Virus record (IMG/VR): IMGVR_UViG_3300032270_001157
Location: 1-64,000 of that record
From: a virus
Taxonomy: Duplodnaviria > Caudoviricetes
Reading direction: 5' to 3' (one strand)
DNA length: 64,000 bases
Positions 1 through 7,155 of the stretch are shown here, piece by piece. How positions within the stretch are numbered: position 1 is the first letter of the stretch; each line of letters opens with the position of its first letter. The notes under the pieces are model-generated. The model was given only the letters and a program-made list of their open reading frames with translations, did no database searches and was not told where the DNA came from. Made by a program: the position numbers and the translations under genes.

Positions 1-1
1 A

Positions 2-574
2 TTTGCTGGACGAAAACAATCTGGTAAAACCACATGCTCAGAAGCCACTCTTGCCTATTTTAAATCATTAGGTGGTAAATCAGGGAAGATATATAATTTT
101 GCTGATCCTCTTAAGCAAGATATTTGTGTTAATATTTTGGGCTTAACTCACCAGCAATGTTATGGCGAAGATGTAGATAAGAATACCATGACAGATATTG
201 TATGGGAAGGTAAAAACCTAACGGCTAGAGAAGTTATGCAATTTGTGGGAACTGATTTATTTCGTAAAATGAAAAACGATGTCTGGACTAGTGCTACCCT
301 TAACAAAATTAATCAAGACAAGCCAGACCTAGCTATTATAGCTGATTGTCGTTTTCCTAACGAAGTAGAAGCAGTTCAATCCGCTGGTGGACTAGTCATA
401 AAGCTCAATAGAAATCCCTATAATTCTACACATGCCAGCGAGACAGCACTAGATGTTCTGGTATATCCTCAAAATCTTTTTGATCTATTTGTACCCAACG
501 AATTATTAGATATTCCAACCCAACTCGATCTTATCCTTTCTTTTCTGCAACACAAAGGGGTGTTCTCATTATAG
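2..574 (+). CDS. Deoxynucleoside monophosphate kinase (5'-truncated by window edge)
   Basis: The frame is open from nt 2 (FAGRKQSGKTTCSE, P-loop), upstream of the track ORF at 137. It also has NFADPLKQ, REVMQFVGTD and IIADCRFPNE, typical of phage dNMP kinases. Confidence 0.88.
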   Translation, partial: FAGRKQSGKTTCSEATLAYFKSLGGKSGKIYNFADPLKQDICVNILGLTHQQCYGEDVDKNTMTDIVWEGKNLTAREVMQFVGTDLFRKMKNDVWTSATLNKINQDKPDLAIIADCRFPNEVEAVQSAGGLVIKLNRNPYNSTHASETALDVLVYPQNLFDLFVPNELLDIPTQLDLILSFLQHKGVFSL

Positions 575-641
575 TTAAATAATTTTGTGTCTAAATATGT
601 ATCTAGTGTATATCTTATTAGACACTTTAAAAGGATATAAT

Positions 642-1160
642 ATGAAACAAAAACACATCATTACTAAAGACTACTTATTAGAACACTATGTCAAACAAAG
701 AAAACCAGCACAACAAATTGCTAAAGAATTAAATATTTCATCAAAAACTGTAGTGCTAAGGTATTTAAAAAAATATAAGATAAAACCAAATAGTAGATTT
801 GGCAAGGCTAAAAAAAATACAATAAAATATGGAGAAATACACAGGTCTTACTTATATCTTCTAAAAAATAGAGCTCATAGAAAAAATTTAACTTTTAATC
901 TTAATGGAGATTATTTATGGAAATTATTTTTGAAACAAGACAAAAAATGTTCATTATCTGGAATTGAATTAAATTTTCCAGAAGCCTGGGGATCCAAATC
1001 TAAAACACATATTACCGCATCTTTAGATAGAATAGATTCTAGCAAAGGATATGTTGTTGATAATGTGCAATGGGTACACAAAACAATAAATACTATGAAA
1101 ATGGATATGTCAGATAAACAATTTATTTCCTTATGTAAAATGGTAGCTAATAATAAATGA
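642..1160 (+). CDS. Free-standing HNH-type homing endonuclease with N-terminal HTH
   Basis: HTH-like AQQIAKELNISSKTVVLRYLKKY and C-terminal ASLDRIDSSKGYVVDNVQWVHKTINTMK. ATG 642 is preferred because AAGGA lies at 631-635. Confidence 0.8.
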   Translation: MKQKHIITKDYLLEHYVKQRKPAQQIAKELNISSKTVVLRYLKKYKIKPNSRFGKAKKNTIKYGEIHRSYLYLLKNRAHRKNLTFNLNGDYLWKLFLKQDKKCSLSGIELNFPEAWGSKSKTHITASLDRIDSSKGYVVDNVQWVHKTINTMKMDMSDKQFISLCKMVANNK

Positions 1161-2197
1161 TAATTACATACTTACGAAGCTCTAGTTATAGCACTCATTC
1201 TATGTGCCCCATGCAATATATGTTTGAATATATTCTTGGATTACGATCTCCTTCTAATAAGAAAGCAGATAAAGGCACTATTTGTCATAAGGCGCTAGAA
1301 ATTTTAGCGTTTATTAAACTAAATACCCAAAATAATAATCCGATTTTTGAAGATGATGTTGTTGGAACAGTAGATATTAATAATTACAGTATCACCACCA
1401 TCACTGATCAAGTATATAAGTATTATACTTCTCAATTCACTCATCATATATGGGAGCCAAAAGACCATAAGGATTGTCATGCATGGATTAAGAAGGCCCT
1501 AGAATATAATAAGGGTATGTTTGATCCTAGAAATAGACATATTGTTCAGCCAGAGCAACGCTTTGATCTTGAGATCAAGAAACCTTGGTCATCCTACCGA
1601 TATGAAACCAAAGATGGAATCCTCGAAGGGAATCTTGCTATCAAAGGAACTATTGATCTTATAACTAAGGTTAATGATAATACTCTAGAAGTTATTGACT
1701 GGAAAACGGGAAGAAGATTAGACTGGGCAACTGGGGAAGAAAAGACCCTAGAGAAATTACAAAACGATCCTCAATTAAGAATATATCATTACGCAATTCA
1801 ACATATGTATCCGGAGATTGAACATGTAATGATATCTATTAATTTTATTAATGATGGTGGGGCATTTACTATTTGTTTTGATAAGACTGATTTGTATAAA
1901 ACAGAAATTATGTTAAAACAAAAATTTGAAACTATTAAAAATACCCAAAAGCCACAATTAAATAAAAGCTGGAAATGTAGTAAATTATGTCATTTTGGAA
2001 AAAGCACATTTGCTAATAGTCCAATAGAACCATTAATAGAATATAGAGATGGTCAACTAACATCTAAAGATCAATGTATGACCAAGTGTGAACAAGTTAA
2101 GCATGATGTAGACACAACTGGAATGAAAGCTGTCATTGACAAGTATCAGGCTCCCGGTTATAGTATAGGTCACTACAAGGCACCCGGCACCGTATAA
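1157..2197 (+). CDS. PD-(D/E)xK exonuclease, Cas4/AddB/RecB-like
   Basis: SSYSTHSMCP, GTICHKALE, IKGTIDLI..EVIDWKTG, QLRIY and a C-terminal CSKLC. Flanking Cys residues suggest an Fe-S cluster. Confidence 0.85.
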   Translation: MIITYLRSSSYSTHSMCPMQYMFEYILGLRSPSNKKADKGTICHKALEILAFIKLNTQNNNPIFEDDVVGTVDINNYSITTITDQVYKYYTSQFTHHIWEPKDHKDCHAWIKKALEYNKGMFDPRNRHIVQPEQRFDLEIKKPWSSYRYETKDGILEGNLAIKGTIDLITKVNDNTLEVIDWKTGRRLDWATGEEKTLEKLQNDPQLRIYHYAIQHMYPEIEHVMISINFINDGGAFTICFDKTDLYKTEIMLKQKFETIKNTQKPQLNKSWKCSKLCHFGKSTFANSPIEPLIEYRDGQLTSKDQCMTKCEQVKHDVDTTGMKAVIDKYQAPGYSIGHYKAPGTV

Positions 2198-2236
2198 TAT
2201 TTTGGATAAAACAACTAAATAAGGAGACAATTAGAT

Positions 2237-2281
2237 ATGGACATGACTAGAGGATATGTGCCTCTGCATGTCCATTCTTAG
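2237..2281 (+). CDS. dnaE: 14-aa N-terminal fragment of DNA polymerase III alpha (MDMTRGYVPLHVHS-stop)
   Basis: AAGGAG at 2221-2226 precedes ATG 2237. The peptide is the canonical DnaE start (F/Y)VxLHVHS and ends at TAG 2279-2281. It is not in the ORF track. Confidence 0.85.
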   Translation: MDMTRGYVPLHVHS

Positions 2282-2288
2282 GTGGGCT

Positions 2289-4130
2289 ATGTACTCACTT
2301 TTGGATGGACTTTCGCAGCCAAGAACTATTGCTGAAAGATGTCAAGAGATAGGAGCAACTTCTTGTGCATTAACAGATCATGGTAATATTGCTGGATCAG
2401 TTAAGTTTTATACAGAAATGAAAAAGAAGGGCATCAAGCCTATTCTTGGGTGTGAGGTTTATCTTTGCGATCAAGATCCTAAGATTAAAACCAAAGAGAA
2501 TAAAGACTTAACTCACTTCGTTATTCTAGCTAAGAATTATGAGGGGTGGAAGAGTCTTATTAGAATTGTATCCGAATCTAATCAACCAGATCATTTTTAT
2601 CATAAACCCAGACTAAATATCGAAACTCTTGCACAATATTGTAATAATAATATTATTGGATTTTGTGGTCATGCTGGATCTTACTTAGCAGATAAGATTA
2701 GTGAGAATAATCAGTTGATTGGAGACTGGAGAAATATTGGTATTGACCAAATTGGTAAACTTAAAGACATTTTTGGTAAGGATAATTTCTTCTTGGAGGC
2801 ACAATTGATGGATTCGGTCAATTCTCCTATTCAAACAGTTTTAACTGGTGCTATGAGGGATTTGGCCAAAATTACCAATACAAAAATCATTTCCACGCCA
2901 GACGCTCACTATTGCCGTAAGGAGGACGCTGTAGATCAAAGGGTGCTTCTCTGTAATAATTTAAAAACGACCTTCCCAGAGATCAGCAGAAAGATTAGCA
3001 ATGATGAGGAAGTGCCTCTTGGGTGCTTTTTTACATCCGACAACTTCCATATCCTGTCTTCAGAAGAAATGGGTCATTTTCATACCGAAGAAGAAATGGA
3101 AAATACCAAGCTAGTAGACGCATTGTGCGAAAACTATAATATCTTGGATAAGCCACATTTGCCTCCCTTTCCTTGTCCAGACGGGGCTAATCCAGATGAA
3201 TATCTAAGGCAGTTGTGTCGTAATGGATGGAGAGATAAAATTGCCAATGTTATAGATAAAGATCTTCAAAATGATTATGTGAATAGAATTAAGTACGAAC
3301 TAGAGGTTCTACAAGGAGCAGATCTTTCTAGCTACTTTTTAATAGTACAAGATATCGTCAATTATGTAAGAAGTAATAACTGGCTTCCGGGACCGGGAAG
3401 AGGTAGTGCAGCTGGTTGTTTGGTTTCTTACTTAATTGGTATTACTAGTATTGATCCTATCAAATATGGTTTATTGTTTGATAGATTTTATAATGCTGGA
3501 CGAAATAGTAAAGATCATATCTCTATGCCTGATATTGACGTAGACGTACCGATTAATAAGAGAGAAAATGTAATCGAATATATTAAGCAGTGTTATGGGG
3601 CTGATAAGGTTTCTCAAATGATTACATTTAATACTATTAAGGGTCGTGGAGCTATTAAGGACGTATTAAGAGTCTATGGTAATATATCTTTTGATGAAAT
3701 GAATAAGATTACTAAAAGTATTCCAGATGAAGCTAAAATTGCTGATGATCTTCAAGAAATGAAAGAAGAAACTGGCGAAGCATCCATTATTCGATGGGCA
3801 CTTGAAAATGAGCCAGATAAACTGAAAGAATGGTGCTATATAGATGAAAAAAACGAATTGCAAGGACCGCTTGCCAAACGATTTGAGCAGGCTATTAGAT
3901 TAGAAGGTACTAAGTCTAATCAGTCTAAACATGCGGCTGGTATTGCAATTAGTGCTCAACCATTAAATACTCTGTGTCCTATGGTCTATGACTCAAAAAA
4001 TGATCAACTCATAGCTGGTATGGAGATGCAGGATTTAGAAGCGTTAGGTATTATCAAGTTTGATATTCTTGGGGTGGCAATGTTAGATAAAATTATGACT
4101 ATTCAAGACATCTTAGCAAAAGGAGACTAA
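2289..4130 (+). CDS. dnaE: DNA polymerase III alpha, PHP + palm/thumb part
   Basis: MYSLLDG, ALTDHGN, GCE, YHKPR, TPDAHY, GPGRGSAAGCLVSYLIGIT, MPDIDVD, HAAG, KFDILG. The track start at 2256 (MCLCMSILRWA) is not DnaE-like. Confidence 0.95.
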   Translation: MYSLLDGLSQPRTIAERCQEIGATSCALTDHGNIAGSVKFYTEMKKKGIKPILGCEVYLCDQDPKIKTKENKDLTHFVILAKNYEGWKSLIRIVSESNQPDHFYHKPRLNIETLAQYCNNNIIGFCGHAGSYLADKISENNQLIGDWRNIGIDQIGKLKDIFGKDNFFLEAQLMDSVNSPIQTVLTGAMRDLAKITNTKIISTPDAHYCRKEDAVDQRVLLCNNLKTTFPEISRKISNDEEVPLGCFFTSDNFHILSSEEMGHFHTEEEMENTKLVDALCENYNILDKPHLPPFPCPDGANPDEYLRQLCRNGWRDKIANVIDKDLQNDYVNRIKYELEVLQGADLSSYFLIVQDIVNYVRSNNWLPGPGRGSAAGCLVSYLIGITSIDPIKYGLLFDRFYNAGRNSKDHISMPDIDVDVPINKRENVIEYIKQCYGADKVSQMITFNTIKGRGAIKDVLRVYGNISFDEMNKITKSIPDEAKIADDLQEMKEETGEASIIRWALENEPDKLKEWCYIDEKNELQGPLAKRFEQAIRLEGTKSNQSKHAAGIAISAQPLNTLCPMVYDSKNDQLIAGMEMQDLEALGIIKFDILGVAMLDKIMTIQDILAKGD

Positions 4131-4132
4131 TC

Positions 4133-4330
4133 ATGGCAATGCAAAAGTTTATGGACGTAGCAATCGGTGCAACTTTTAGACACGAAGGTAATGATTACCG
4201 AAAAATTCCAGAGGAGAGAATTAGCTGTTGTTCAGCTATTAATGCTCAGGGAATCAATAATGATCAACAAAGAATTCAAGTTTTACCATTAGTAGAGGTC
4301 GAAGTCCTAGGAGATACCACCCAAGCATGA
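4133..4330 (+). CDS. Small hypothetical protein (65 aa) between the dnaE halves
   Basis: AGGAG SD at 4121-4125. Its stop overlaps the next start (ATGA). Confidence 0.75.
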   Translation: MAMQKFMDVAIGATFRHEGNDYRKIPEERISCCSAINAQGINNDQQRIQVLPLVEVEVLGDTTQA

Positions 4331-5028
4331 TTAATTACAACAAAATTTGTGTGTTTGATTTTGAAACAGATGGCTCGGATCCAAAATCTTGTAGTCCTGT
4401 TCAAATTGCGGCAGTGATTATTGATCCTTTAAAATTGGAGATTGTTCCCAATTCTGAATTTAATATCTTTTTTAAACCAGAAGTATTATCGAATGATGAG
4501 CAATATCAGTATACCACAGATATCTTAGACTTTCATGCTAAGGTAAGAGGTTCCTCAAAAGAAGCTATCTTAGAAGAATGGAAGAAGTACCCTGCTCAAG
4601 ATCAGTCTTGGAAATTGTTTACCAACTATCTAACAATGCATCATACTCGGTCTAGCAAAAAGAGCCAATTTAGCGCTCCTATTGCTGCTGGTTACAATAT
4701 CAATAGATTTGACTTGCCAATTATTGATAGGTTAAGTCGTAAGTATGGCAATACAAATAAGGAAGAACGAAGTGATATTTTTTATCCCAGAGACGTATTA
4801 GATATTATGAATCTAGTATTCTATTGGTTTGAAAACAATGGAGATCTAAAAAATCTTTCTTTGGATACTCTTAGAGATTATCTAGGTATAAATAAAGAAG
4901 GGGCTCACGATGCTTTAAAAGACGTTAAAGACTGTGCAGAAATTTTGATTCGTTTTATGCGGCTACATCGTAATCTAGGTAATAAAATTAAGTTTAAGGA
5001 TTCATTCCAGTCACCATCACATGTCTAA
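4327..5028 (+). CDS. dnaQ: DEDDh 3'-5' exonuclease (DnaQ/epsilon-like)
   Basis: ExoI FDFETDG, ExoII GYNINRFD and ExoIII HDALKDV. Confidence 0.9.
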   Translation: MINYNKICVFDFETDGSDPKSCSPVQIAAVIIDPLKLEIVPNSEFNIFFKPEVLSNDEQYQYTTDILDFHAKVRGSSKEAILEEWKKYPAQDQSWKLFTNYLTMHHTRSSKKSQFSAPIAAGYNINRFDLPIIDRLSRKYGNTNKEERSDIFYPRDVLDIMNLVFYWFENNGDLKNLSLDTLRDYLGINKEGAHDALKDVKDCAEILIRFMRLHRNLGNKIKFKDSFQSPSHV

Positions 5029-6652
5029 AAAATTTCAATATAGTTGCGGATGTTCTTTTGATGTTCTGTCTGAACATGATGACAAAGACAGGATGACTCT
5101 TAAATTTAATCCAAAAATAGAAGAGATTAGTTTGGAGTGTCAGAAGACTTGGGATCTAATTTCAGATGGAAATACCAAGGGGTGTTTCCAATTGGAGTCT
5201 AGGCTTGGTAAATCTATGGCTAAAAAATTAAAGCCAGAGAATATCGAACAGCTTTCTGCCTTAATTAGTATTATGAGGCCGGGATGCTTGGAAGCTTTTA
5301 GAGATGGTAAATCAGTTTCTAACCATTTTATAGATAAAAAGAATGGTCAAGAATCGGTAGACTATTATCATCCGTCTTTAGAGCCTATTTTAAAGGGGAC
5401 ATATGGTGAAATGATTTATCAAGAGCAAGCTATGGAAATTGCTAAAATCGTAGCTGGCTTTGATCTTCAAGAAGCAGATATGTTAAGAAAAGCTATTGGT
5501 AAGAAAAAGCCAGAAGAGATGGCTAAGATTAAGATTAAGTTTTTAGAAGGTACAGAAAAAGTTGGAACAGTAGCCACTTCTCAGGCAGAAGAAATTTTCG
5601 GCTGGATTGAAAAGTCTCAGAGATATTCTTTTAATAAATCTCATGCCGTTAGTTATGCTATTAATAGTTATTTGTCTGCTTATACTAAGGCTCACTTCCC
5701 CAAGATCTTTTTTGCAGCATACCTAAGATTTGCAAAAGACAAGATTGATCCAAAAGCAGAGATTAAAGAATTGGTGCAGAATGCTAATGAAATGGATGTT
5801 TCTGTTTGTATACCAGACATAAGAAACTTAAATCAACTATTCATCCTCAAAAATAATAAGATCTATTTTGGCCTAACAGACATTAAAGGTTTCGGACAGT
5901 CTGTGTTTGACAAATTGGTTAAACTGAAAGAAGAGAAGAAGCTAGATTTTGACACAATGAACTGGATAGAAATGCTCATGATGGTTTTGATCAATATCAA
6001 TTCTACATCTGCTAAAGCATTAATACAAAGTGGTGCAATGTCATTCTTGGGTAAGAACAGGGTGGCTATGCTATTTGAATTTGGTTTAGTATCAGAGTTA
6101 ACTAAAAAAGAATCAGACTTTATTATAGCTAATCTATATAAATATAAATCAATAGGAGATGCTCTTCATGATCTATACCATAATGGAAAGTCTAATAAGA
6201 ACAGAAAAGCTATTATACTGGATTTAATTAACAGTCATAACAAACCGCCGTATTCTTTAGAAGACAATCCAGACTGGATCGCTGATGCTGAAGATGCCTT
6301 TTTAGGATGCAGTATCACATGTTCCAAAGTTGATATGTATGATATCACCATGACTAATACCACCTGTAAAGACTTTAAAAATACCACTCTCAAAGACAAT
6401 ATTTTGTTGTGTGGAGAAATTGAAAGTGTGGGTGTTACTAAAACTAAATCTGGTAAGACACCGGGACAAGAGATGGCGTTTGTTACTATGAGTGATGGCA
6501 CAGGAGTAATAGACTCTGTTGTATTCTTCCCAGAAGCCTACAAAGCTTATCGAAATATTTTATTTGATGGTAATGTTATTATTGTAAAGGGCAACAGAGC
6601 AAAGTCTGGCGACTCGCTAATAGTTGAAAAGACGTATATTCCTAAAACTTGA
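5021..6652 (+). CDS. dnaE: DNA polymerase III alpha, fingers/HhH/OB part
   Basis: TKGCFQLES, IMRPG, IYQEQ, ADMLRKAIGKK, YSFNKSHAVSY, FGLTDIKGFG and the OB fold EMAFVTMSDGTG. Confidence 0.95.
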   Translation: MSKKFQYSCGCSFDVLSEHDDKDRMTLKFNPKIEEISLECQKTWDLISDGNTKGCFQLESRLGKSMAKKLKPENIEQLSALISIMRPGCLEAFRDGKSVSNHFIDKKNGQESVDYYHPSLEPILKGTYGEMIYQEQAMEIAKIVAGFDLQEADMLRKAIGKKKPEEMAKIKIKFLEGTEKVGTVATSQAEEIFGWIEKSQRYSFNKSHAVSYAINSYLSAYTKAHFPKIFFAAYLRFAKDKIDPKAEIKELVQNANEMDVSVCIPDIRNLNQLFILKNNKIYFGLTDIKGFGQSVFDKLVKLKEEKKLDFDTMNWIEMLMMVLININSTSAKALIQSGAMSFLGKNRVAMLFEFGLVSELTKKESDFIIANLYKYKSIGDALHDLYHNGKSNKNRKAIILDLINSHNKPPYSLEDNPDWIADAEDAFLGCSITCSKVDMYDITMTNTTCKDFKNTTLKDNILLCGEIESVGVTKTKSGKTPGQEMAFVTMSDGTGVIDSVVFFPEAYKAYRNILFDGNVIIVKGNRAKSGDSLIVEKTYIPKT

Positions 6653-6676
6653 CGCGGACGGCCCTCAAACTATAAT
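6649..6676 (+). promoter_or_regulatory. Sigma70-type promoter for ssb
   Basis: TTGACG (6649-6654), 16-nt spacer, TATAAT (6671-6676). The -35 box overlaps the dnaE-C stop codon. Confidence 0.75.
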
Positions 6677-6726
6677 ATGGAGCAGTGTGTGTTGGACCTT
6701 GGTTTTTTAATTTTAAGGAGAACTTG

Positions 6727-7098
6727 ATGAATATTAATATTCTACGTGGTAATTTAGCTAGAGATCCAGAGATGCGAGTAGTTAACACTGGCGGAAAGCA
6801 GACATCAGTAGTGAATTTTACTGTTGCTGTTTCTCGTGAATACACTAAGGCGAATGGTGAACGAGATAAGGTGACTACATTCGTGCCTTGTGAAGCATGG
6901 GATAGTGGTGCCGAGATTATCGGACAGTCCTTTAAGAAGGGCGATTTTGTTCTGGTGGAAGGTTCACTAAGGAATGACTCATGGGAGAAGGATGGTGTCA
7001 AGCACAATTCTCTCAAGGTTAGAGTAAATAACTTTTCTAAGATCACTAAGCTATCAAAGAAGAGTAAGGAACAGTCGGAAGAAGTAGTCAGCTTCTAA
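6727..7098 (+). CDS. ssb: Single-stranded DNA-binding protein
   Basis: LRGNLARDPEMR, NFTVAVSR, FVPCEAW, VLVEGSLRNDSWE. AAGGAG at 6715-6720 supports ATG 6727. Confidence 0.95.
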   Translation: MNINILRGNLARDPEMRVVNTGGKQTSVVNFTVAVSREYTKANGERDKVTTFVPCEAWDSGAEIIGQSFKKGDFVLVEGSLRNDSWEKDGVKHNSLKVRVNNFSKITKLSKKSKEQSEEVVSF

Positions 7099-7127
7099 TT
7101 ATATTCTAATCTTATCACTTTAAAGAG

Positions 7128-7155
7128 ATGGGGGTGGTAACACCCCCCATTTTTT
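7128..7155 (+). terminator. Rho-independent terminator after ssb
   Basis: ATGGGGGTG-GTAA-CACCCCCCAT followed by a T run. Confidence 0.8.

Noticed and set aside
1157-2197. CRISPR-Cas locus implied by the Cas4-like gene
   Set aside because: No repeat-spacer array and no cas1/cas2 were seen anywhere in the window.
2193-2198. Sigma70 promoter upstream of dnaE (TATAAT)
   Set aside because: No recognisable -35 box or extended -10 TG. TATAAT is frequent in AT-rich DNA.
2279-2281. Genome-wide TAG reassignment (e.g. code 15) explaining the dnaE stop
   Set aside because: Reading through the TAG gives VGYVLTFGWTFAAKNYC then TGA, not DnaE. TAG ends several normal genes here (574, 16006, 24483, 31643), and very long ORFs are intact under code 11.
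2256-2288. ORF-track start MCLCMSILRWA for dnaE
   Set aside because: It is a frame artefact. The DnaE-like residues upstream of MYSLLDG are in the 2237 frame.
4100-5060. Split intein joining the DnaE halves
   Set aside because: No intein N- or C-terminal motifs are visible on either half.
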